From Abditibacteriaceae bacterium (GTDB lineage Bacteria; Armatimonadota; Abditibacteriia; Abditibacteriales; Abditibacteriaceae), in assembly GCA_031425655.1 (NCBI GenBank), contig JANPJS010000161.1:1-23877 (forward strand): a stretch of DNA of 23,877 nucleotides, in the 5' to 3' direction. The translations under genes were made by a program, and so were the position numbers. Shown here piece by piece: positions 1 through 8,497 of this stretch. Under the pieces are notes generated by a model. It did no database searches and was not told the DNA's origin. It saw only the letters and a list, made by a program, of their open reading frames with translations. Position 1 is the first letter of the stretch. Each line of letters begins with the position of its first letter.

Positions 1-3000
1 ATCATTGTTGATGGTGCCCAAGCCCTGCGCGTCCGCGATGGTGGCGTTGGCTGGACTGGTAAGGTTAACGAAGAAGGTCTCGTTCGGCTCAAAATTGGGG
101 TCGCCGCTAACCGCGACGGTAACGGTGCCCGAAGACTGGCCCGCTGGAATAGTCAGCGTAGTGAGCGCCAACGCTGTGTAATCGCTGCCTGCTGTTGCTG
201 TGCCGTTGGCCGTAGCAAATTGCACGGTCACGGCTTGTGTGCTGGGCGCCGAAAGACTGACCGTGAAGACAAAGTTGGTCGTGCCACTGTTGCCCTCGGC
301 GAGCGTCACGTCGTTGATGGTGATGAGCGGCCTCGATTTCAGCACTACGTCATTGCCATCGCCTCCCACGTAGCTGATGCTGAAAGCACTGGCGCCACTG
401 ACGAAAATCGCGCCTTCGGGCTTACCGGTGAAGGTGCCGGTCACGACGTCGGTGCTATCGTTATTGATGATGGTGAACAAAGTTTCACCAGTTGGAATGA
501 AGCTATTGATTAGGCTCACGTTCAGCGCACCGTTCAAATTGACTGCGCCAGTGACGTTCAATTGATCGTAGCCGGTGCCGACGGTGGCGCTGCCGATTTC
601 GATGCCGAGAGCGCCGCCGGAGGCTTGCGTGTAGCTGCCGCTTTCGCTGAGAATACCGGGCGAATTGCCGGGCGCTGCTGTGCCGCCAGTGTTATTGACG
701 GGGCCGCCGACCGTGCCGCTGCCTTTGAGCGTGCCGCCTTGCAGTTGCAACGTGGTGCCGCCGGTCAGGGTCAGCGTGCCGTTAACGACGGTGTTGCCGG
801 CGGTTTGTGTGAACACGTCGCCGCTTCCCATCACCAGCGTGCTGCCGGCGTTGACTTGCACTGTGCCCGATGTGGTAAATCCGCTCGCCGCAGGCGTGAT
901 GTCAATGTTCAGATTCGTTGTCTGATCAGCGCGAATAGTGCCCTGATTGGTCAGGCGCATGAAGTTGACGCCAATCTGCCCCGCGCCTGAAATAGTGTTG
1001 TTGACGTTAATCAGGCGTTCGGCGCCGGTGTTCTGGCCTTGAATGCGGTTGAAGAGGCTATTACTCATCACAACGGTGCCGCCGCCTGTCAAGCTCAGAT
1101 CGCCGTTGAGAAACAAAAAGGTGCTGCTGCCCGATGAGTTCATGGCAATCGTGCCGGCATTGGAGTAAGTGTTGCCGGCCCCGCTACTCAAAAGCAGCGC
1201 CGTGCCGTTATCGAGAATGATCTGGCCGCCCGCCGGATTACTCACTGTGCCGCCGATGGTGTTGCCGCCTCCCTGCGAACGAATAATGCCGGTCGCGCTG
1301 TTGGTCAGAGTCCCGCCGGTCACGCTGGCGCCGCTGTTTAAACGCAGTTCACCCGCGCCCACTACGTCTACCGTGCCGGCGGTAATGGCCGCGCCGCCGT
1401 TCATCACCACGAGGCTGGCATTGGCGCGAATAGTGCCGCCGGTGTTGTCAATGGCGCCACTATTGAAATACAGCCCGTTGCCGCCGTCGGCGCGCAGGGT
1501 GCCGCTGTTGACATTGCCGGTGCCGTTCGGGTCAATGACCAAGCCTGCCGAGCTGTTCGCTATAATCGTGCTCTGGTTAGTCAACTTCATGAAGTTGACG
1601 CCGATTTGTCCGGCCCCTGAAATGGTGTTGTTGACGTTAGTTAGGCGTTCGTTCCCGGTGCTAATGCCCTGAATGCGGTTGAAGCCACTATTGCTCATGG
1701 TCAGCGTGCCGCCGCCTGTCAAGCTCACATCGCCGTTGAGAAACAAAAAGGTGCTGCTGCCCGATGAGTTCATGGCAATCGTGCCAGCATTGGAGTAAGT
1801 GTTGCCGGCCCCGCTACTCAAAAGCAGCGCCGTGCCGTTATCGAGAATGATCTGGCCACCCGCCGGATTGCTGACGGTGCCGCCGATGGTGTTGGTGCTG
1901 CCCTGCGAACGAATGATGCCGGTCGCGCTGTTGGTCAGCAACCCGCCGGTCACACTGGCGCCGCTGGCTAAACGCAATTCCCCTACGCCGACCACATCTA
2001 CGGTTCCGGCGGTGATGGCCGCGCCGCCGTTCATGATGACCGTGCTGGCATTGGCGCGAATGGTGCCGCCGGTGTTGTCAATGGCGCCGCTATTGAAATG
2101 CAGCCCGTTGCCGCCGTCGGCGCGCAGGGTGCCGCTGTTGACATTGCCCGTGCCGTTCACGTCAATGACCAATCCTGCCGAGGCGTTTGCCACAATAGTG
2201 CTCTGATTCGTCAGCTTCATAAAGTTGACGCCGATTTGCCCTGCGCCCGAAATGGTGTTGTTGACGTTGGTCAAGCGTTCGTTCCCGGTGCTAATGCCCT
2301 GAATGCGGTTGAAGCCACTATTGCTCATAGTCAGCGTGCCGCCGCCTGTCAAGCTGACATCGCCGCCGAGATACAAATAGGTGCTGCTGCCCGACGAGTT
2401 AATGGCCATACTGCCCGCATTGGAGTAAGTGTTGCCGGCCCCGCTGGTCAAAAGCAGCCCCGTGCCGTTATCGAGAATGATCTGGCCGCCCGCCGGGTTG
2501 CTGACGGTGCCGCCGATGGTGTTGGTGCTGCCCTGCGAGCGGATGATGCCGCTCGTGCTGTTGGTCAAGGTGCCGCCGGTCACGCTGGCGCCGCTGGCTA
2601 AACGCAGTTCACCCGCGCCCACTACGTCTACCGTGCCGGCGGTGATGACGGCACTGTTGTTCATGACCACGGTGCTGGCATTGGCGCGAATGGTGCCGCC
2701 GGTGTTGTCAATGGCGCCGCTATTGAAATGCAGCCCGTTGCCGCCGTCGGCGCGCAGGGTGCCGCTGTTGACACTGCCGGTGCCGTTCACGTCCACGGTC
2801 AATCCTGCCGAGGCGTTTGCCACAATGGTGCTCTGGTTGGTCAACTTCATGAAGTTGACGCCGATTTGTCCGGCCCCTGAAATGGTGTTGTTGACGTTGG
2901 TCAAGCGTTCAATGCCGGTGCTGAGGCCTTGAATGCGGTTGAAGCCACTATTGCTCATCACAACGGTGCCGCCGCCCGTCAAGCTGACATCGCCGCCGAG

Positions 3001-3426
3001 ATACAGATAGGTGCTGCTGCCCGATGAGTTGATGGCAATCGTGCCCGCGTTGGAAAGCGTGCTGGCCGTAGCGATGACAAGCGACTGCCCATTGTTGATG
3101 CCCAGCGTATCGCCGCTGCTCACGGTCAGCACGTCAATGGTGGCGTTAGTATTCAGACTGACGTTGGAAACGCCGGCAGCGCCGCCATCTATGATCACGC
3201 TGTAGGTCGTTCCGGCGGGTATGTTGTTGTTGGGAACGACCGCCGGACTCCAATTGGAGGCGGTGTTCCAATTTCCGGTGCCGCCAACCCAGGTCGCGGT
3301 CACTTGCGCTGCTTGTGCCGGCGAGGTGACGAAGAACAGCATCGCGCATAGCGTCACGAGACACGGCAAGAAACCAACTTCTGCTTTGCGGTTCCACCGC
3401 ATTCCATTTCCACTGCGAGGTAACAT
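1..3426 (-). CDS. Large secreted adhesin-like protein with beta-strand (autotransporter-passenger-like) repeats and Calx-beta domain; 3' end lies outside the window (>=1142 aa)
   Basis: ATG at 3426 with AGGAGG RBS at 3432-3437. Manual translation begins MLPRSGNGMRWNRKAEVGFLPCLVTLCAMLFFVTSPAQA|AQVTATWVGGTGNWNTASNWSP (signal peptide, W..G.GNW....NW motif). Then G/N/T/S-rich 210-aa repeats, then PGNSPGIL...GYDQLNVTG...SYVGGDGNDVVL, then a Calx-beta unit (ITINDVTLAEGNSG...ATAGSDY...DPNFEPNETFFVNL...GTINND) in frame at position 1. It is absent from the ORF track because there is no stop within the window. Confidence 0.93.
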   Translation of the reverse strand, partial: MLPRSGNGMRWNRKAEVGFLPCLVTLCAMLFFVTSPAQAAQVTATWVGGTGNWNTASNWSPAVVPNNNIPAGTTYSVIIDGGAAGVSNVSLNTNATIDVLTVSSGDTLGINNGQSLVIATASTLSNAGTIAINSSGSSTYLYLGGDVSLTGGGTVVMSNSGFNRIQGLSTGIERLTNVNNTISGAGQIGVNFMKLTNQSTIVANASAGLTVDVNGTGSVNSGTLRADGGNGLHFNSGAIDNTGGTIRANASTVVMNNSAVITAGTVDVVGAGELRLASGASVTGGTLTNSTSGIIRSQGSTNTIGGTVSNPAGGQIILDNGTGLLLTSGAGNTYSNAGSMAINSSGSSTYLYLGGDVSLTGGGTLTMSNSGFNRIQGISTGNERLTNVNNTISGAGQIGVNFMKLTNQSTIVANASAGLVIDVNGTGNVNSGTLRADGGNGLHFNSGAIDNTGGTIRANASTVIMNGGAAITAGTVDVVGVGELRLASGASVTGGLLTNSATGIIRSQGSTNTIGGTVSNPAGGQIILDNGTALLLSSGAGNTYSNAGTIAMNSSGSSTFLFLNGDVSLTGGGTLTMSNSGFNRIQGISTGNERLTNVNNTISGAGQIGVNFMKLTNQSTIIANSSAGLVIDPNGTGNVNSGTLRADGGNGLYFNSGAIDNTGGTIRANASLVVMNGGAAITAGTVDVVGAGELRLNSGASVTGGTLTNSATGIIRSQGGGNTIGGTVSNPAGGQIILDNGTALLLSSGAGNTYSNAGTIAMNSSGSSTFLFLNGDLSLTGGGTVVMSNSLFNRIQGQNTGAERLINVNNTISGAGQIGVNFMRLTNQGTIRADQTTNLNIDITPAASGFTTSGTVQVNAGSTLVMGSGDVFTQTAGNTVVNGTLTLTGGTTLQLQGGTLKGSGTVGGPVNNTGGTAAPGNSPGILSESGSYTQASGGALGIEIGSATVGTGYDQLNVTGAVNLNGALNVSLINSFIPTGETLFTIINNDSTDVVTGTFTGKPEGAIFVSGASAFSISYVGGDGNDVVLKSRPLITINDVTLAEGNSGTTNFVFTVSLSAPSTQAVTVQFATANGTATAGSDYTALALTTLTIPAGQSSGTVTVAVSGDPNFEPNETFFVNLTSPANATIADAQGLGTINND
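935..3054 (-). repeat. Intragenic tandem repeat, period 630 bp (210 aa), ~3.4 copies
   Basis: Landmark (g/a)aagttgacgcc recurs at 961, 1591, 2221 and 2851. The antisense shadow ORFs also recur at 1169/1799/2429. Confidence 0.95.
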
Positions 3427-4073
3427 CGCAGCCTCCTTTTTAGAGCAAGGCACGTCGAACGTCGGCTCAAAGACATTCAACGCGACTTGCTCTGCGTTGA
3501 GTCGCATTGCACCACAAGATTTCGGTCAACTCCAACCAACTTAAATGGCGGTGCAGGTTACGGCTGGGTCGTCGAGGTCGGCACAGTGCTTCACAAAGCC
3601 GACGGGTTGGTCTTTGAATACGCAGCGCATTCGTTATACGCGCATTTTGGTTCGGCCCAACATGGCGTTGGCCCAATGTCCGCGAAGGGACTGGAATGGT
3701 TTATGCCCGCCGCTGGAGTGTGAAATTCTCTTGCGCTGGCGCAGAAAGATGGCCCTCCGCTGCGAGTCGGCAGGGCATGGCTACCGAATTGTGGCGCGGA
3801 AAGTGGAACAACCTGGACTGGACGGGTGGTGAGGTGTGGGAAATACGCGGCAGTGGGAATGCTCGCGGCAGATGAGGAAAAACCAAATGCGGCGCCGAAT
3901 TGTGGCGCCGGCACACGTTGGCTTGGAGTTGCGTGAGGTTTGAAAGGGCGCGTCAGCCTTTCCGGGAGTTGCTGTTCCCGAAATGATACAAAACGCGCGG
4001 ACATTTCATCCGATAATTTGAATGAATTTACATGAGGCTGACGCATCGCTGTCACCCACAGTTGTGATAAAAA

Positions 4074-4108
4074 CGGCTTTCGGAATAAAAGCGACTTCCG
4101 GAATAAAA
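4074..4108. promoter_or_regulatory. 17-bp imperfect direct repeat (period 18), candidate operator
   Basis: cggctttcggaataaaa (4074-4090) and cgacttccggaataaaa (4092-4108), in an AT-rich promoter-like stretch. Confidence 0.4.
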
Positions 4109-4132
4109 TAGACGCTTAAATTGTATTGTAAG

Positions 4133-4276
4133 GATGCTTTACGGAGCGCGTCAAGTCTGTCGCTCTTCCGCCTGCCGACAAATACATTTTTGGTGGCGGA
4201 GGCATAGCTCGAAACGGCTGCTGAACGCGGCAAAGATTCGCGCGACGAAACCTCGTGAGCGCCTGAAAGCGGTGTC
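4133..4276 (+). ncRNA. Candidate structured non-coding RNA of unknown family
   Basis: The ends pair (gatgctttacggagcgcgtca / tgagcgcctgaaagc). An inner stem tgtcgc/gcgacg closes three hairpins. It is followed by a terminator and preceded by AT-rich sequence. Folded by eye only. Confidence 0.4.
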
Positions 4277-4284
4277 GTAACAAC

Positions 4285-4326
4285 AAAGCGGCGACTCTCG
4301 AAAGAGAGCCGCCGCTTTGACTTTTT
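4285..4326. terminator. Intrinsic terminator, probably bidirectional
   Basis: aaagcggcgactctc-gaaa-gagagccgccgcttt, with T-rich tails on both strands (tttgacttttt on +, tttgttgtt on -). Confidence 0.75.
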
Positions 4327-4391
4327 GGGCACAACTCTGTGCGATTTTACGCGCTCGGTTCGTCGCTTTTGCGCAGCATTCAGCGCCAGCA

Positions 4392-5306
4392 TCAGGTGGG
4401 AGCCGGAGAAACAGATTTGGCCATGAGCAAGGTGAAGCGCAGCACAAAAAGTGCGACCGCCAACAGTCCGCCTAAAGCAGCGGCGCTGGCCTTCTCATCG
4501 TCATTGCGTGAATACGCGAAATACAACATCAAGCCACCGGGCGGTATCAGAAACGAAACTAAGGCGATGGCCCACCAACCCCAATTGATCATTTCAAAGA
4601 AATTGAAAGTGCTTAAAGTCAAGTGCGGTCGCGGCACTTTGGCCGGTTTGACCGTAGGCATTTTTACCCACGGCAGCGGCGCAAAACATTTGTAGCACTT
4701 GGTAAAGGTCAGCGGGTTCGGCGTGCCACACATTGGACAAACTCCTGTGGTTGGCTGAACGGCCCTATTGAGGGACGGACTTCTGGGCCGCAACGCCGCC
4801 GAGGTCTTGAGTGGTAATCCGGCTGCGATCACGAGCAAGAGTAACCCGATGAAAAGCACAAGCCACCCCCACAAAAGATGCGCTTGCACATTAAAATTGT
4901 TCTTCAAAAAAGGCACAAGTTGAGGCAGCCATCCTCCACTTCTCTCGCCCATCCGGGCAACAACGCCCTGGAGCATATAGAACGCGGTGACCCACGTCGC
5001 CAGCGAAGCCCACAGCATAGCACGGTATTCTTTTCGCCACGCTAATGCGACAGTAATCGCCGCACTCAGCAGCACAAACCAATACGTTTGTAGTCCACTC
5101 TGCCAGTAATTTACAGGATTCCATTGTGGAAACAAGGCAGTTTTTCCCTCGTGACCATACATGGAAAAACCGATTTGTCCGGCTACTGGTTGCTCAATGC
5201 TAATGCCCTGCGCCACCGGCAAAAACGGGAAAACCAGAACGCAAAGCGCGCCGAGTAGCGCCAATGTTAACGGTTGGAGTGTGGAAAATAATTTGCTGAG
5301 CGGCAT
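4392..5306 (-). CDS. Multi-pass membrane protein with an internal zinc ribbon (CPMC-x10-CYKC)
   Basis: ORF 4392..5369. The likely start is ATG 5306 (MPLSK). It has about 4 N-terminal hydrophobic segments, then CPMCGTPNPLTFTKCYKC, then 2 C-terminal TM segments. Confidence 0.75.
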   Translation of the reverse strand: MPLSKLFSTLQPLTLALLGALCVLVFPFLPVAQGISIEQPVAGQIGFSMYGHEGKTALFPQWNPVNYWQSGLQTYWFVLLSAAITVALAWRKEYRAMLWASLATWVTAFYMLQGVVARMGERSGGWLPQLVPFLKNNFNVQAHLLWGWLVLFIGLLLLVIAAGLPLKTSAALRPRSPSLNRAVQPTTGVCPMCGTPNPLTFTKCYKCFAPLPWVKMPTVKPAKVPRPHLTLSTFNFFEMINWGWWAIALVSFLIPPGGLMLYFAYSRNDDEKASAAALGGLLAVALFVLRFTLLMAKSVSPAPT

Positions 5307-5376
5307 GGCGGTTTTTATTCTCGAAAGAGAAAGACAGATCAAGTAGGTTGAGGAGAATTGATGAGTCACCGCGCAA

Positions 5377-8193
5377 TCACTTCGCCGCTTCCGGCGCCCA
5401 TGTCGAAACCACTTCCAAAACGGTGCCGCGAAGTTCCGCGAGGTAATTTCCCGCAGTTGGGCGACGAATTTCGAGCTTGCTGGCCTTTAATTCCGCGAAA
5501 GTGCCGCCGGAAACCAGCACGCTTTGCTTTCCGCCGCGAATATGCACCACCAAAACGCGCGCATCGCTTTGCCAGCCCAATGCCGACCACGCTTGCGCGG
5601 ACGGTTGCGTGTCCACGAAAACCTGCGTGATGGTGCCGTCTTTCTGCTTCATTTCCAGCACGGCCATGCGCGGGTCTGCTGCGGTGAAAAGTTGGATGGA
5701 TTCCGGCGGGTTTTGCCACGCTTTCATTTGCAAAACCGACGCGAAAGTTGCCCGCGTGCCTTCCTGCCGTGCCAATGCCATTTGCTCCTTGTCCGGCCCC
5801 GTTGCCAAGATCACTTGCTGGCCCGCTGCGCCGGCTAAAGTCAGATTCATTTCGCCGACTTTGGTTTGCCAGGCGCCCTGCCAATTCTTATCGGCAGGCA
5901 GGCGCGATGCGACTTGCAAGTGCTGATAGCCGTCGCTTTTGCCCAGCGGCGCGCCGGTTGTCGTGGGGAAAGCGTTCATCGCGCCTTGATAGCGAAAACT
6001 GCGATCCCACGTTCGTTTGATGGCGCTGCGTCCGTGATAAAGGTCAATCACCGCGTCGGGTGTGACGACGACGGTGCGATCCAGCAGCGCGCCGGGATAA
6101 GCCACGGCTTCGGCGCGCATCACTTTGAGTTGTCCGGCGTCCTCGAAAATCGCCAGTTTGCCGGTCAGGGCCATTTGCGCCGATTCGTCTACCGACATCG
6201 TGTTATGCGCGACGGTTTGTGTCGTCCACTGGCCGTGAATCGGGTCTTCGTAACGGTGGAAACCCGGCTCGCCGCCCAATTCGTCGCTCTTGCCATCGTC
6301 GCCTTTGCCGAAAAGGATGAGATTCAGCTTATCCAGATGGCCGTGAGTGCCGCCGTGCTGGCCGTAATCCATCAGCGCGTAAAGGTTCGGTTGGCGCAGA
6401 ATCGCGTAACCGAGATTCTCGAAAACCGTGCTTGGATAGGCCGCTGCTTGCGGTTCGGGCAGCGTCTCGAAAATGCGCGTCGGAAAATAAACCGCCGAGC
6501 TGATGTGCAGTTGGCGCGGCGAAGCGTTGGTCAGAAAAGCGTAAGCCGGGTCTTGATAACGCAAATAAGCGTAGTCGTAAACCATCGTTGACCAGTCGCC
6601 AAAACGGGAGCGGCCCGAATCGTTGATGCCCGGCGCGCTGCCGTCGGGATACGCATAGCGCAGCGGCGAATCGAAGAGCATTTTTAGGCGACTGTTATCG
6701 AAGCTCCACAAGTCAATGCCCTGACGCGCCGCCGCCTCAAAGCCGGTCACCATCGCCGTTAAAGCGAACATTTGATAGCCAATGGCGCCTTCGCCCCACA
6801 TTCCGTCCGAGCCGATGCCCTGTCTCAGCAGCGACTTGAAATTCGCCGCCGCGAGGTCTATCATGTTCTGGTCGCCAAGCACGGCGCCGGCCAACATCGT
6901 CGCTGAGTTGTAGAAATTGAGCCAGTTTCCGACCGCTTTGCCGCTGCCGAGTTCGGGCATGGCACTCCGCCAATCTTTGTCCTTTTTGTCGCGCTCGGCG
7001 ACCTGCGTTGCCGCGTCTTTGCGCCAGATAAAAGTGATGACGGGCCGAATCAAATCGGTCTCGATTTTCTGGCGGTCGGCGGCAGTCAGCGCGCCGCTGT
7101 CGTAGATGTGGTCGTAGCTTTCGATGAGAGGAATCAACCACATCGCTTCGGAAAGACGCTGCGCCATGACTTTGCCGGTATCGTTGCGGTTGGCGCCTTT
7201 GTGTTCGGGATAGGCATCGTAGCGTTCGGCGTAACCGAGCAGGATTTCGGCGGCGCGCTTGGCGTATTTGGCATCGCCGGTCATCGTGTAGGCCATGCCC
7301 AACGTGCCGGCGTTTTTGGAAAGTTGGTCGTGCTGTTTCGCCAGATTGTCGCCGCGATCATTAAGTTGCGCGCCCGGCCCTTTGGGGTCGGGAAAGTCAG
7401 GCGTGTCATTAGCGGCGCCGTTGGCGATGTTGATTAAAGTTTCCAGAGGCGCTTTGCCGCGCTCACTTTTTTGCAGTGCGGCACGCAGTTCCGGCACTTC
7501 GCTTTTGGTCAAAAGCAGGCTCGGATGCTCGCCTTTGACGGCGCGCGGCGGCAGTTGCACGCGCGGCGGAATCGCGGTTGTTATCTGCGGCGCGTGGACG
7601 AAAGTGGCCGCTTTTTCGTCGTAGCCGGGAATGCGGAAGCGCTCGACGAGGTTTTCCGCCGTCAAAACCGCGATTTCGCCCAAGCCGCCCCAGTTCACTT
7701 TGTCGCTGACCGTGAAATTGGAAAGCACGGTCACCTTAACAACCTGCCCTTCTTTACCAATCGGCACTTCCTGCCACGCGGCTTTGCGCTTGACGGGCCG
7801 CTTCAATTCCAGCGTGTGTTTTAGCGGTGCGCCGTCGTCGAGCGTGATTTCCAAATCTTTAGGCGCGACTTCGGTTTCGTAATCCGAATTGGCAAAGGCC
7901 AGACGGTCAATCAGCACGCGAAACGGGAGGGCGATGGTGAAGGTATACGGCGCGCCGCTGACAACCTGGCGCGAGTGAAGATTGCCGTCGAAAGCGGCTT
8001 CCGGCCCGGTTTGCGGGTCTTTGCGGGCACCCGTTCCGACGCTTAATGAAACGCGCGCTCCGTATTCGCGGAGCGCCGCGTTAGTCAGTGGGGCGTCGGC
8101 GGCGTGCGCGAACGAGCCGGGTAAAACTGCGATGAGGGTGAGCAGACTTAAAACACTTGCGGCGGGAGTTAGAGTTTGTTTTCTCTGAAGCAT
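5377..8193 (-). CDS. Secreted polysaccharide lyase: discoidin/F5-8C-like domain + alginate-lyase alpha-barrel + heparinase II/III-like domain (PL17/PL15-like)
   Basis: 938 aa. Signal peptide ends FAHA. AAFDGN in the N-terminal domain. Motifs DGMWGEGAIGY, PDGSAPGINDS, HGGTHGHLDKL and QTVAHNTMSVD. The substrate cannot be determined from sequence. Confidence 0.85.
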   Translation of the reverse strand: MLQRKQTLTPAASVLSLLTLIAVLPGSFAHAADAPLTNAALREYGARVSLSVGTGARKDPQTGPEAAFDGNLHSRQVVSGAPYTFTIALPFRVLIDRLAFANSDYETEVAPKDLEITLDDGAPLKHTLELKRPVKRKAAWQEVPIGKEGQVVKVTVLSNFTVSDKVNWGGLGEIAVLTAENLVERFRIPGYDEKAATFVHAPQITTAIPPRVQLPPRAVKGEHPSLLLTKSEVPELRAALQKSERGKAPLETLINIANGAANDTPDFPDPKGPGAQLNDRGDNLAKQHDQLSKNAGTLGMAYTMTGDAKYAKRAAEILLGYAERYDAYPEHKGANRNDTGKVMAQRLSEAMWLIPLIESYDHIYDSGALTAADRQKIETDLIRPVITFIWRKDAATQVAERDKKDKDWRSAMPELGSGKAVGNWLNFYNSATMLAGAVLGDQNMIDLAAANFKSLLRQGIGSDGMWGEGAIGYQMFALTAMVTGFEAAARQGIDLWSFDNSRLKMLFDSPLRYAYPDGSAPGINDSGRSRFGDWSTMVYDYAYLRYQDPAYAFLTNASPRQLHISSAVYFPTRIFETLPEPQAAAYPSTVFENLGYAILRQPNLYALMDYGQHGGTHGHLDKLNLILFGKGDDGKSDELGGEPGFHRYEDPIHGQWTTQTVAHNTMSVDESAQMALTGKLAIFEDAGQLKVMRAEAVAYPGALLDRTVVVTPDAVIDLYHGRSAIKRTWDRSFRYQGAMNAFPTTTGAPLGKSDGYQHLQVASRLPADKNWQGAWQTKVGEMNLTLAGAAGQQVILATGPDKEQMALARQEGTRATFASVLQMKAWQNPPESIQLFTAADPRMAVLEMKQKDGTITQVFVDTQPSAQAWSALGWQSDARVLVVHIRGGKQSVLVSGGTFAELKASKLEIRRPTAGNYLAELRGTVLEVVSTWAPEAAK

Positions 8194-8287
8194 CTAATTT
8201 GTGACAACATCACATCGCCGCCGGTGCGTTGCGCGATTGACGAAGCGCGCAGCGTGCGCTCAACTCATAGAGTCAGGCTGACTTATT

Positions 8288-8494
8288 ATGGAAACGCTCG
8301 AAGAATTAACCGACCGCGCCAACGCCCAACTGGAAAGCGTTTTGAAGAATCTCAAAGACACCAAAAAGATTCTCAACCGAGATTGGGAGCAGCTTTCGCC
8401 CAGAGAACGCTCGGCTTATAGCCGTCGCGTCAAAGAAATGGAGCAGGAAAAACAGGCGCTGCTGGAAGTTTTAGAAATGAACCGCGCCGGCTGA
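8288..8494 (+). CDS. Small hypothetical helical/coiled-coil protein (68 aa)
   Basis: ATG start, E/K/L/R-rich amphipathic composition. It fills the gap between two minus-strand genes without overlap and stops 3 nt from the helicase stop. Confidence 0.7.
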   Translation: METLEELTDRANAQLESVLKNLKDTKKILNRDWEQLSPRERSAYSRRVKEMEQEKQALLEVLEMNRAG

Positions 8495-8497
8495 ACT

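Noticed and set aside
935..3054. Possible diversity-generating retroelement TR/VR pair
   Set aside because: The repeats are in-frame tandem coding units, differences are not restricted to adenines, and no reverse transcriptase is present.
220..3544. Many + strand ORFs, including the repeated 167-aa MLPAPL... ORFs
   Set aside because: They are antisense shadows of the minus-strand adhesin gene, and their repetition mirrors the 630-bp unit.
3500..3600. Faint c-di-GMP-II riboswitch-like words (tgtgaag...ggagtt...gtggtgcaa) on the minus strand upstream of the adhesin
   Set aside because: Spacing and stems did not fit the consensus by eye. A cmscan would be needed.
4195..4226. tRNA-like ggaggca-ta-gctc segment
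   Set aside because: No paired D-stem, no TTCRA T-loop with a stem, and no anticodon arm or CCA.
3591..4447. Overlapping short ORFs in the intergenic region (e.g. 3591-4055, 4006-4392)
   Set aside because: No RBS, no recognisable motifs, non-protein-like composition, and overlap with a terminator and the candidate RNA.
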